A stretch of DNA of 64,000 bases from an uncultured Algibacter sp. (GTDB lineage Bacteria; Bacteroidota; Bacteroidia; Flavobacteriales; Flavobacteriaceae), in the NCBI RefSeq assembly GCF_947495675.1, contig NZ_CANLZX010000007.1:23224-87223 (forward strand), in the 5' to 3' direction. Shown one piece after another: positions 46,964-56,500 of the stretch. The position numbers and the translations under genes are program-made. Below the pieces are notes generated by a model. It did not search any database. It worked only from the letters and a program-made list of their open reading frames with translations, and had not been told where the DNA came from. Numbering within the stretch: position 1 is the stretch's first letter; each line of letters starts with the position of its first letter.

Positions 46964-48724
46964 TTAGTTTACAACAATTTTATGAGTTGAAACACCTTGA
47001 CTACCTCTTAGTTGCAGAATATATATTCCTGTTTGATTATTATCAAAATGAATCTCTTTAGATGATATGAAATTTCCTTTTTGAATTTCTAAACCGTTAA
47101 TTGAATAAATTCGATACTGCACTTCTTCTCCATGAGTTAGTTTTACATTAAACGTACCTTTATTAGGATTTGGATATATGCTTATCTCATCTTGCTTTAC
47201 GATTTTTGAATTAGATAATGATGCATTAGTTAATTCTATAATATTTATTGAAAATTTTGGTAATATAATACTTTCGCTACCATCGCTAATTAAAGTTAAA
47301 GGATCTACATCTATCCCCATAGTTCTTTCTTCGTCCATTGTAGAAAACGCAATTGCTTTATGTACTGCAGCATCTGTATAAGCTACCCCATCAATATTTA
47401 CATTGAATGGCACGTCTTGATCACTAAGATTTACAACAAAAACAGAGGTATTTCCATCTTTAGTTACCACTCTTGCATTAACTGCTTTTACGCTATCTTC
47501 AAGGTTAGCTACTTGTACATCGCTTTCAATTAATGTGGTATTTTCAAGTGCCAAACGTATAATTTCATAAGTTGAACCAAAAAGAGTTTTTTCTAAAGGA
47601 TATTTAATTCTTGGACGTTCTACACCACTTGGAGCAATATAGGTTTCCCAAACATAATGTGAGTTTAATTGTCCATTAACACTAAACCAATTGGCACGTT
47701 CAAAAACATCTTGATTTTGACTCATATAGATATAACAATCTGCCATTCCTAAAGCAGATACCGCATTCGGGCCACCAGATTTCACACCCCACTCTGTTAA
47801 CCAAATGGGCTTATTGGGTGCAACTTGATGTGCATAATCGTAAATAGAATTTCCTAGATGTTTACGTGCTGTAAGTGCCGTACCAAAAGCTTCATCACTA
47901 TTGGCAGCATCATCAGGATCTGAACCTACGTAGGTATGTACTGTAACTGCATCAAAATAAGTTAAATCTTCTGTTAAATCTGCATTCCAATTAGGGTTTG
48001 CCCAACTATCTTTTCTTAATAATGGTATAGATACTTTTATATTGGGATCTTTAGCTTTAAGTGCTGCTGACATGGCTTTTGCTCTAGCAATATAGTCTTC
48101 TGTATTTGGAATAATAGAGCTTCGTTGACCTGGATAAAAACACTCGTTACCCATTTCAACAACTTTTACTTCTAAACCCCTAGCTATCAAATCATCATAT
48201 CGTGCTATGGTTTCCGGACATCCGTTATTAAAATCAGTACCATCTGCACTCATGTTAAAAGTCCACATCATATCAAACCCCTTGCCTGTTGTAGATTTTC
48301 TTGAAGTATTTAAACTTGTTAGCCCATCAATACCAACTTTAATATTATTGCTATCAAATATTTTTATATTAGCTAATAAATCAGGAGATTTTGTTCTAAT
48401 AGTCTTGCTAACTCCTTGTTCGTATTGAAAGCTTTCTGTTCCAAAAAGACGAGTAACATCACGCCGCCAATCATACCAGTTAGCCCATAAACCATGAGGA
48501 AACCTTATAGTTATAGGTTTTAATTTGTTTATTAAATCCTTCTCTTTTGTAGTTGAAAAATGATGTGTATTTGTTCCAAGTAATAAATTGTTATACACTT
48601 CTTTTGATGTTGAAGTTATATTAATAGTTGCTTCCATATTAGACGGCAAACTAAAAGGGTAATCTTGAGCATATAATGATGCTGAGATTAGTAGTACTAA
48701 GCAAAAATTAAGTAATCTCTTCAA
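46964..48724 (-). CDS. Clan GH-A TIM-barrel glycoside hydrolase (GH51/GH79/GH30-like motifs) with a T9SS C-terminal sorting domain
   Basis: 586 aa with a TTG start followed by a good signal peptide (KRLLNFCLVLLISASLYAQ). IRFPHGLWANWYDW resembles R-[FY]-P-G-G...Y-x-W. VVEMGNECF is the candidate acid/base, VHTYVG the H-x-Y motif and IWLTEWGVK the candidate nucleophile. The CTD reads ISIYPNPNKGTFNVK...GIYILQLRG. Confidence 0.5.
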   Translation of the reverse strand: MKRLLNFCLVLLISASLYAQDYPFSLPSNMEATINITSTSKEVYNNLLLGTNTHHFSTTKEKDLINKLKPITIRFPHGLWANWYDWRRDVTRLFGTESFQYEQGVSKTIRTKSPDLLANIKIFDSNNIKVGIDGLTSLNTSRKSTTGKGFDMMWTFNMSADGTDFNNGCPETIARYDDLIARGLEVKVVEMGNECFYPGQRSSIIPNTEDYIARAKAMSAALKAKDPNIKVSIPLLRKDSWANPNWNADLTEDLTYFDAVTVHTYVGSDPDDAANSDEAFGTALTARKHLGNSIYDYAHQVAPNKPIWLTEWGVKSGGPNAVSALGMADCYIYMSQNQDVFERANWFSVNGQLNSHYVWETYIAPSGVERPRIKYPLEKTLFGSTYEIIRLALENTTLIESDVQVANLEDSVKAVNARVVTKDGNTSVFVVNLSDQDVPFNVNIDGVAYTDAAVHKAIAFSTMDEERTMGIDVDPLTLISDGSESIILPKFSINIIELTNASLSNSKIVKQDEISIYPNPNKGTFNVKLTHGEEVQYRIYSINGLEIQKGNFISSKEIHFDNNQTGIYILQLRGSQGVSTHKIVVN

Positions 48725-48781
48725 TATTTCTTTTTTATAAGTTTAATTAAGTAAATGTAGAACTTCTTAAAACTAATCATA

Positions 48782-48796
48782 TCCTGTACTGTCCTG
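48782..48796 (-). promoter_or_regulatory. Operator-like phased direct repeat (TCCTGtactgTCCTG, best copy) upstream of the clan GH-A T9SS gene
   Basis: Two perfect TCCTG half-sites lie 10 bp apart, 58 nt from start codon 48724. On the coding strand a TACATTTA (near TAnnTTTG, -7-like) box follows about 25 nt downstream of the repeat. Confidence 0.6.
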
Positions 48797-48865
48797 ACAA
48801 ACGTTATAAATACAAGACATAGCTGGACAATTATAAATACTTAACAGTTTATTTTTACTTATTTT

Positions 48866-50305
48866 TTAACAAATAGTTACAACCCTTAAGTTTAAAAGTT
48901 TACCAAGTTTTTCTAATTTATTACCTATGTGCCCTACTCCAATAGCACAATGATGTGATGGTCCTTGCTTAGACCACTCATTCATAAAAGCTCTTGCTCC
49001 TATTGAAAAACGGTAGCGGCTATTGGTATTCCCAATTTGTAAAACAGGACCTTCTACAGATTCGCCTTCTGCTACTAATAAAAAGACATCGTCTTTACCT
49101 TCTACCACAGATAATAAGGTTACATGACCATGTTTTACCGTCATTTGAATAGATAATCCTTTTCCTGGTTTTCCGTGATAAACTGGTAGTGGTACTAACT
49201 GTACATTTCCTTCGGCAATTGCAAAATGCGCTGGACCATCATGACCAAGCATAACAATATCATCATTAAAATCCATGGCATAAAATTCAGAAAAAGAACC
49301 ACCAACACCAAAGGCATCCATTATTTTCATGGCTTGGGCATTTTTAACTTCATACTCGCCAGCTACAGGTATATTTCTTCCTGTTAATAAGGTGTTTCCT
49401 GCAATAACAGAGGTTACAATGTTTTCATATTCATTACCAGATTCTCCTTCATAATAATAGGCTAAAGAACCAAGGTTATGAGCATCTACTAATTTATCAA
49501 GTGCTACCGATGTTTTAGCGGCGCGAATCAATTCTGATTCTTCACATTCTTCAACAACCTCAAAAGTATTGTAAAATTCTTTAATTTTTGCTTGCACCTC
49601 TACTTCCGTGGCTTCATCTCTGTATTTTTTTACTTCGCACATTTCAACAACTTCTATATGCGTACCAAAAGCTGCCGATTGCTTCGTTAAATCTGAATAC
49701 ACATCTAACATTCCGCAGTAATAATGCCCTAAAACACCTAGTCGATTATTATTCATAACAGAAGCCACGTTAGCTGCATCTATCCAATCTTGAATATCAT
49801 CCCAAACAGCTTGCTCTCCTAAATATCCTGTTACAAATTCGTAATCTAACCCAGAACGATTAAATACATTTGCAATTTCTGGTGCAGAACATGCCTGACA
49901 ATGTGCAAGCCACTCCCCCGTCATTAAACCACGGTCTCCCATTTTATTAAATTTATCATAATCAATGGCAGCAACTGGTTGAATATTTAATATAACTATG
50001 GGGCATTTTAATTTTTGAACAACCGGTAAAACCGTAGATGATAACGCATACGTAGAAACGTATAAAAACACAATATCTACATCATTCTTCTTTAAACCAT
50101 CTGCTGCTACTCTTGCTTTAACAGGCGAATCAATCAACCCTACATTTACAACCTCTGCACCAAATTCGTTCATTTTATCAGCTATCTGCTTTTGATAGCC
50201 TTCTAAACGCTCTAACAAACCTTCAAATTGAGGCCAATAGGTGTCCAAGCCAATTCCAAATAGTCCTACTTTTATTCCACTTTCTTTTTTAATATTCATT
50301 TTCAA
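48866..50305 (-). CDS. L-arabinose-isomerase (AraA) family sugar isomerase, cytoplasmic, specificity unknown
   Basis: 479 aa without a signal peptide. It is colinear with E. coli AraA, and the four metal-ligand contexts are conserved: AGEYEVKNAQAMKIM (cf. AGEGDWKTAALLRIM), SFSEFYAMDF (cf. SFMEDYTYHF), MLGHDGP (cf. LGSHMLE) and GPSHHCAIGVGH (cf. GGAHHTVFS). Confidence 0.8.
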   Translation of the reverse strand: MKMNIKKESGIKVGLFGIGLDTYWPQFEGLLERLEGYQKQIADKMNEFGAEVVNVGLIDSPVKARVAADGLKKNDVDIVFLYVSTYALSSTVLPVVQKLKCPIVILNIQPVAAIDYDKFNKMGDRGLMTGEWLAHCQACSAPEIANVFNRSGLDYEFVTGYLGEQAVWDDIQDWIDAANVASVMNNNRLGVLGHYYCGMLDVYSDLTKQSAAFGTHIEVVEMCEVKKYRDEATEVEVQAKIKEFYNTFEVVEECEESELIRAAKTSVALDKLVDAHNLGSLAYYYEGESGNEYENIVTSVIAGNTLLTGRNIPVAGEYEVKNAQAMKIMDAFGVGGSFSEFYAMDFNDDIVMLGHDGPAHFAIAEGNVQLVPLPVYHGKPGKGLSIQMTVKHGHVTLLSVVEGKDDVFLLVAEGESVEGPVLQIGNTNSRYRFSIGARAFMNEWSKQGPSHHCAIGVGHIGNKLEKLGKLLNLRVVTIC

Positions 50306-50320
50306 ACTTTTTACTTTCTA

Positions 50321-53300
50321 TTACTTTTCTATTATTCGAGATACTTTTAACACCACAGGCCCTACCAATCCTGCAGGTAATAATTCGTCTCCTCTTTTAT
50401 AAAATGGATAGGTGGTAAAAGTAGATCGCTGCCCTAAAGGTGCTGGTTCATTATTTGTATACCAATCTACCATCTTATTTCTATTGATAAGCGATAACTG
50501 TGGATCTTTAATTAATAATGGTGTTTTAAGGTGTGGTTGTAAATTGTAACCAGAAACATTAGGGAAGTTTTCGTCACCAATTAAACGATTTGTCCATTGG
50601 TTTGTAACTTCTATCTTTAAGTTATTTTTACCTGCTTTTAAAACAGAAGTAATATCAATGGTTTGGGGTGCTTTCCAAAGAACACCTAAGTCTTTTCCAT
50701 TTAAAATAACCCTCGCAATTTCGTAAACCTTCCCTAAATCAAGTATAAACTTGTTTTTAGAAGTTAGTATTTTTTTATCGACCTTAAATGTTTTTTGATA
50801 AATAGCTGTTCCGGAGTAATACTTTATTCCTTCAAAATTATGAGAAGTCCAATCAATCAATTTTGGAAAGGTAAAACTTTGTACACCTGCTTTTAAATCT
50901 GGAAAAGCAACTTCCCAATCACCTTTTATTACAATTGGCTCTAGAAGATTTTTAACCTCTAATTTTTGTTGTTTTCCATCTGCATAAAAAATAGCATACA
51001 CACCGTTTTTGCTGGCTTCAATTTCTGCTTTACCCGCTGAGTTTAACTTAAAGCTAAGTTCTGGATTATCTATAACACTAGCCGTAGTAATTGAATTTAT
51101 AGATGCGGATGATTCTCTAAAAACTACAAAACCAGAACCCTGAGAAGGAAGTGTAATAGCAACTTTGGTTTTACCATTGCTATGCTCAAACCCCACTAAT
51201 TTTGTTATAGATCCATCCATTGGATTCCAAAACTCAGGAATTTTTCCTTCTACGTTAAAGGTACATTCGTAGGTACGTTTTTCTTTCTCTGGATTGAAGA
51301 AAAAATAAATATCTTCATTTGCAGATGTACGATGTGCATAATTAATTTGCTCGCCTCCTTTTATCTTTAAATCTACAGGAATATTATATTTTTTATATAT
51401 GTCATTCCAATTGTAGATTGTACTTGTGGTTGGTTTACTCCATATTTGTTCTAATAATTTAGAAAACTCAATTTCGTCTTTTTCTGATACTAAATAGCCT
51501 CCAATTTTACCGGGCTTATTTCCTATAATAATTACACCTTTATTCGCCAATTCTGCTATTCTTTTTAAGGTAGCAAGACGCATTTCTTTTTGGTTGCCTA
51601 AATAAAGTACACGATAACGAGTACCTTCTGGTAAAACAAGTTGTCCGTTTTCTACCGAAATACGGTTTAAAAGAACATCTGCATTTACACCATCATAATT
51701 GATATGATTTGGCAAATTTCTTACTCCTTTGCGTGATGCGGTAGTACTAGGAGAACCATCACCTACAAAAGCTAGTACATCAGACACAGGCACTCCCTGA
51801 CGTAAAAGATACTGTCCACGAGCTAAATACTTAAACCAGCTTTTACCTGCATTATCCCACCAGGTTTGTGTACGATCTATATGTGACCCAAAACCGCTCA
51901 TACCCATTCCTGGTTTTACTTTTGTATTGGCTTGGTGTGCAAAACGGTGAAAGACTATTTCATTAATTCCAGCAGCCCAACCCTTATCTCCAAATTCTTT
52001 AAAGAAACCTGGATGTCCTTCAAAATTGACATTAGGTCCCGAAGTAAAAGCTTCTGCAGAAATAATATTACGACCATAAATATGACCAGCAGATACTGCT
52101 ACACCCGTCATTGATTTTCCACTAGCATGAAATTCTCCCATTGGTATATCAAAACTACGAGCGGCATCTAAAGTATTAAAAGGACCATTCCCATAAGGTT
52201 CTACATAACTCTTTAACCCATCTGCATGAATAAGCTCTGTAGCATAATCAAAGTAATTTTCACACATAAGCTTACTGTTTAAATTACGAATATCCCAAAG
52301 TACACGTTCTGTAGTACCTGCATTATCTACATAACGACCTGCGTACAATGGCAAGAAATTTGTAATATCGTAACCGTATTCTGCTTGAAATTGTTTTTCA
52401 TAATCTTTTGTCCAATTTTGTCCTCCTACTTCATAGCTATCAATTTCTACATATTGTAAGGCATTTGGTGCTATTTTACTAGAAGCATCTATCACCTTTC
52501 TTACATGGCCATCGTAAAAAATCTTAAAAGATTCACGGCTAAATTTATCAACTTCCCAACCGGTACCTGCAACAGAAGCAGGATCATTTAAAGCACCTGT
52601 GGTAGTATATCCAACACGCATAATTGTCCACTTTCCTTTAGGCAATGTTGTTTTTAACACTCCTTTATCATCAACATATTTAGTTAAATTTAAAATTTCA
52701 GATTTCTTAATAACCTTACTAGCATCTACTGCCTCTAACTTTGGTAACCCTCCATTATTGGCTCTATGAATATTGGTACGAGAAATCATATTATCATAAC
52801 GAGCTGTATTTGTTAGGCTAATTTCTGCAATATCTAAAGGCACATCTGTTACAAAACGAAAATATTGTGCAGTTATACCTTTAAAGGTCTTGTCAATTGT
52901 ATATTCATACTTACCATGTCTAGACATTTTAATAACAAATTCGTCTTTAAAATTGATGCCATCGTAAGAACTTTGTAAAAGTTGTGGTACTTTATAACGC
53001 TGCCTTTGTGTTTTAAGAAGAAACGATTGTACGGTTAATGGTTTTCCAAAATTCCATTGTATCCAAGCCTTACCATCTTTAGGAACTCTTAACTCTGTAC
53101 GTTCATCAATTTTACCATTGGTAGCAATATTAATATCAAAATCTTTATTTGAACTCGTGATAATCGTTGGATTTTCTGAATCTATAATTTCTGACGCCAA
53201 AGCTGGATAAGCTAAAACGGCAATCTCTTTATAAAATCCTCCAATTTTACTAGGGCTAGGCAAAAACATTTTAACGTTGCCGCCATTTACAATAACCTCA

Positions 53301-53713
53301 CGATGCACCACTTGTTTCATAGAATGCTCTACGGGTACCCAAGGTCCACCGCTAGAAGTCCATCCATCGCAATTATGAATCCCAAAACTCAACCCTAAAC
53401 GTTCACATTCCGCAGCAGCGTGCGCAGTAATTTCAATATATTCTGGTGAATTAAAATCAACAGGTCCGTTTGGTATTCTATGAGTTACATTAAAAAGAAT
53501 AATGCCGCCAATACCTACATCGGCAATAGCCTCTAAATCTTTGGTCATTCCTACTTTACTCATATTTCCGCCCATCACATGCATCCACGTTAATGGACGA
53601 TTCTCTGGTAATGGATTTTTAAATAATTGTTCTGAAATAGAATTCTCTTGCTTCTGCGAATAACTAGACATTCCTATTAATAAAATTCCTATTAAAATTT
53701 TTATTTTATTCAT
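50321..53713 (-). CDS. Large secreted glycoside hydrolase, GH106-like (putative alpha-L-rhamnosidase)
   Basis: 1130 aa. N-terminal FKNPLPENRPLTWMHVMGGNMSKVGMTKDLEAIADVGIGGIILFNV is followed by a C-terminal galactose-binding-like jelly roll (ARVILNGKDLGVLWKAPQTIDITSVLKAGKNNLKIEVTNQWTNRLIGDE). I know this architecture from GH106-type proteins. The family call comes from memory of that pattern, not from a search. Confidence 0.5.
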   Translation of the reverse strand: MNKIKILIGILLIGMSSYSQKQENSISEQLFKNPLPENRPLTWMHVMGGNMSKVGMTKDLEAIADVGIGGIILFNVTHRIPNGPVDFNSPEYIEITAHAAAECERLGLSFGIHNCDGWTSSGGPWVPVEHSMKQVVHREVIVNGGNVKMFLPSPSKIGGFYKEIAVLAYPALASEIIDSENPTIITSSNKDFDINIATNGKIDERTELRVPKDGKAWIQWNFGKPLTVQSFLLKTQRQRYKVPQLLQSSYDGINFKDEFVIKMSRHGKYEYTIDKTFKGITAQYFRFVTDVPLDIAEISLTNTARYDNMISRTNIHRANNGGLPKLEAVDASKVIKKSEILNLTKYVDDKGVLKTTLPKGKWTIMRVGYTTTGALNDPASVAGTGWEVDKFSRESFKIFYDGHVRKVIDASSKIAPNALQYVEIDSYEVGGQNWTKDYEKQFQAEYGYDITNFLPLYAGRYVDNAGTTERVLWDIRNLNSKLMCENYFDYATELIHADGLKSYVEPYGNGPFNTLDAARSFDIPMGEFHASGKSMTGVAVSAGHIYGRNIISAEAFTSGPNVNFEGHPGFFKEFGDKGWAAGINEIVFHRFAHQANTKVKPGMGMSGFGSHIDRTQTWWDNAGKSWFKYLARGQYLLRQGVPVSDVLAFVGDGSPSTTASRKGVRNLPNHINYDGVNADVLLNRISVENGQLVLPEGTRYRVLYLGNQKEMRLATLKRIAELANKGVIIIGNKPGKIGGYLVSEKDEIEFSKLLEQIWSKPTTSTIYNWNDIYKKYNIPVDLKIKGGEQINYAHRTSANEDIYFFFNPEKEKRTYECTFNVEGKIPEFWNPMDGSITKLVGFEHSNGKTKVAITLPSQGSGFVVFRESSASINSITTASVIDNPELSFKLNSAGKAEIEASKNGVYAIFYADGKQQKLEVKNLLEPIVIKGDWEVAFPDLKAGVQSFTFPKLIDWTSHNFEGIKYYSGTAIYQKTFKVDKKILTSKNKFILDLGKVYEIARVILNGKDLGVLWKAPQTIDITSVLKAGKNNLKIEVTNQWTNRLIGDENFPNVSGYNLQPHLKTPLLIKDPQLSLINRNKMVDWYTNNEPAPLGQRSTFTTYPFYKRGDELLPAGLVGPVVLKVSRIIEK

Positions 53714-53741
53714 TGTATTAATATATAATTCCGGAAACTTA

Positions 53742-56492
53742 TTAGATGCTAGCCTTAAATTGATACTTCCCAGCTTCTACTTTATATAAAGCATTTCCGT
53801 TTTCAAAACGAAGGAAGGTTACTCCTTCACTTTTTTTCATTGCTTTTCCGTTTTCAGTAATACTTTTTAAATTATTTGTTGGTATATAAACTGTAGCTTG
53901 AGAATTAGGAGGAATACTTACACTTAATGTAAATTGTTTATCATAATGCTCCCAACGGCTACTTATTTTCCCATAAAGGGATGTCGTACTTCCTTCTACA
54001 AAACTCAAATCGCGTGCTAGTATTGGTTGAATAATGAAAGATTGAAAACCAGGAGACAAAGGGTCTGGACGAATACCCGCGAGACTTTTTGTCATCCAAG
54101 ACGCTACTCCTGTGTAACAGGTATGAATACGACTAGATACATCTACATTCCAATACTCTGGCCAAGTGTTTTCTCCGCGCTCAATAAAATACCCGTAACT
54201 CGGTTGTACCTTACTAGAAAGTGCTTTAAAAAACAAATCACTTCGTCCAGATTCTTCAATCATATACTTAAAGAAAACGGGTAAGCCAGAACTTCCCATA
54301 TCTAAATAAGCCTGATTATCTGTAAGTTCTTTTTCTATGTTAGCAAATACTTTATCACGAAGATTTTTAGGTGCAACGCCTGTCATTAAAGCAAAAGCTT
54401 GTTGTACCTGAGTTCCGTTTGAATAGGTATTTGTTTCAGAATTAAAAAAGTGTTGATGTATAGCCTTTCTCAATGCATCTAAGCGTTTTTTATAAAGCAT
54501 AGCCTCATTTTCTTTACCTTGTATACGTGCCATTTTAATGACATCTGATAAGTTCATTGCATATACGCAGTTGTTAAAATATTGCGCCTCTGGAGTATCT
54601 CCCCATTCCTTTCGTTTTTTAGGTGCTGCCCAATCCCCAAGAAATTTTCCTTTGTGTCCCGCATAATTAACAAGTAGTCCGTTTTCTACATTTTTATTTA
54701 AATATTCCAACCACTTAATAGCCGCTGGATATATTCGGTCAAAAATTTGTTTATCCCCATAAACTTGATAATATGCCAACGCAATATTTATTCCTGCACT
54801 ACTCCACATTGGGCCACCGAAATGATGATTAATTTGTGGTGCCGTATGATAAAACCATCCGTTTTCTGTTTGTACATCTGCCCAATCTCGCACATGTTTC
54901 ATGTACAATGCGCCACTTTGGTAATTTGGCAACGCTATACCCCAAGAGGTTGCAAAAGCTACTTCGCCATACCCTAATCGTTCTCTATGTGGGCAATCCA
55001 TGGTAAAACCTTCTACCGTGTTTGCACGATAGGTCCATAAATCTGCCTCGTAAATTTTATTGAATAATTCTTTTGATGACGTAAAATGCCCAACCTGTTT
55101 AATATCGGTTGCAAGCACCAAACCTTTTACATCACTAAGTTCTGGTTTTTGCCTTAAACCTTCAATAGTTACATATCGTCCTGCTATATAATTAAATCGA
55201 TTTCTAAAGACCTCTTCCCCTATTCCTGTACAAATATATTCATTAAGCTGTCCAAAATCTTGCCCAGTTTTATCATCATCGGCCACTTTAATTTTTATGA
55301 CATCACCTGCTTGCTGTCCTCTTATTTTTAGTTCTACCCAACCTGTAAAATTCTTACCTAAATCTACAAAGTAAGTCTCTTCACCAGAAATATTTTTAGC
55401 AGAAATGGTTTCAATAATACGAGTTGGCTCCATCATTTGAGAAGAAAGCTTTGCTTTAATGGTTGTTTCTTCTGCTAAATCCCAATTTGTATCATCAAAC
55501 TCAGGTAAATTCCACCCTTGTATATATTGTTGGGCATCCACAATTTCACCACCGTGATCTCTATATTTTATTTTCCCTCGGTTTTTACTGTTAGCCGCAT
55601 GGCATCTCCAATCTTTTCCTGTTTCTAAAGAAATCGACTTTCCTTTTTCATCTTCGCCATTAAGTTGAACACGTAAGGCTTGAAACGTGTTAAAGGTTGT
55701 GTAACGAGACCATCCTGGGCCTGTCCAAAATGCTATAACATTATCGCCTTTCACTAATAAATCACTAATATCGTAAGTAACATACAAAATACGTTTGTCT
55801 AAACGCGTTTGAGCAGGTGCTAAAAAACGATTATCTGCTTTTTTGCCATTTACATACAACTCGTGATAACCACATGAAGCCACATGAAGAAATGCTTTTT
55901 TAGCCGGAGCAGATAAATTTAGATTTTTCCGAAACCATAAATGTTGTTCTACCGGAAGATTAGTTTTGTGATCTGTTGCTAATTCAGTTGTTTTTTCTTT
56001 ATCAGCAGTCTTAGCAACTTTATCCATATTGGGATGTCTAATCCAAGAGGCTGTCCAATCTTTATCTGAAAGTAATCCTATAGAAAAACGAGCAGATTTA
56101 CTCCAATTACTAGCTTTACCATCTTTATCAAAAACACGAACTTTCCAATAACAATCTTGATTTGAAACTAATGTTTTACCTACATAAGAGACCAAAGCAG
56201 ATTGCGATGATTTAATTTTACCACTATCCCATAAATCGCCTTCGTTTTTAGTTAAAAGTTCTGGGCTACTAGCTACAAGTATATAATAAGCCGTTTGCTT
56301 TTGACCTCTAACATATGCTTCGTCAAAAATCTGCCAACTTAAACGTGGTTTATTAGTGTCTATCCCTAAAGGATTTACCAAATATTCACATCTTAATTCT
56401 TTTACATCTATATGTTTAACCTTTTGAGCACAACATACATTCAAAAAAGCCAAACAAAGTAGTACTAGAAAATTTCGAATTTTATAATCCAT
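53742..56492 (-). CDS. GH78 alpha-L-rhamnosidase
   Basis: 916 aa. The N-terminal module reads PRLSWQI...QTAYYILVASS...DLWDS...CYWKVRVFD. FTMDCPHRERLGYGE is the catalytic-domain signature. Confidence 0.9.
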   Translation of the reverse strand: MDYKIRNFLVLLCLAFLNVCCAQKVKHIDVKELRCEYLVNPLGIDTNKPRLSWQIFDEAYVRGQKQTAYYILVASSPELLTKNEGDLWDSGKIKSSQSALVSYVGKTLVSNQDCYWKVRVFDKDGKASNWSKSARFSIGLLSDKDWTASWIRHPNMDKVAKTADKEKTTELATDHKTNLPVEQHLWFRKNLNLSAPAKKAFLHVASCGYHELYVNGKKADNRFLAPAQTRLDKRILYVTYDISDLLVKGDNVIAFWTGPGWSRYTTFNTFQALRVQLNGEDEKGKSISLETGKDWRCHAANSKNRGKIKYRDHGGEIVDAQQYIQGWNLPEFDDTNWDLAEETTIKAKLSSQMMEPTRIIETISAKNISGEETYFVDLGKNFTGWVELKIRGQQAGDVIKIKVADDDKTGQDFGQLNEYICTGIGEEVFRNRFNYIAGRYVTIEGLRQKPELSDVKGLVLATDIKQVGHFTSSKELFNKIYEADLWTYRANTVEGFTMDCPHRERLGYGEVAFATSWGIALPNYQSGALYMKHVRDWADVQTENGWFYHTAPQINHHFGGPMWSSAGINIALAYYQVYGDKQIFDRIYPAAIKWLEYLNKNVENGLLVNYAGHKGKFLGDWAAPKKRKEWGDTPEAQYFNNCVYAMNLSDVIKMARIQGKENEAMLYKKRLDALRKAIHQHFFNSETNTYSNGTQVQQAFALMTGVAPKNLRDKVFANIEKELTDNQAYLDMGSSGLPVFFKYMIEESGRSDLFFKALSSKVQPSYGYFIERGENTWPEYWNVDVSSRIHTCYTGVASWMTKSLAGIRPDPLSPGFQSFIIQPILARDLSFVEGSTTSLYGKISSRWEHYDKQFTLSVSIPPNSQATVYIPTNNLKSITENGKAMKKSEGVTFLRFENGNALYKVEAGKYQFKASI

Positions 56493-56500
56493 CTTTTTAA

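Noticed and set aside
48804-48840. Direct repeat TTATAAATAC x2 (48804..48813 and 48831..48840) downstream of the isomerase gene.
   Set aside because: It is a short, very AT-rich word in AT-rich intergenic DNA. It was not seen at the other gaps and could easily arise by chance.
916-54977. All plus-strand ORFs in the track (e.g. 916..1218, 3833..4171, 5521..5724, 8565..8828, 10497..11057, 17568..17846, 24143..24352, 41702..42550, 51932..52114, 54027..54284, 54747..54977).
   Set aside because: Each lies entirely antisense within a long, well-supported minus-strand gene. They have low-complexity or odd composition (Cys/Phe/Ile-rich) and no recognisable domains, and are typical shadow ORFs of AT-rich DNA.
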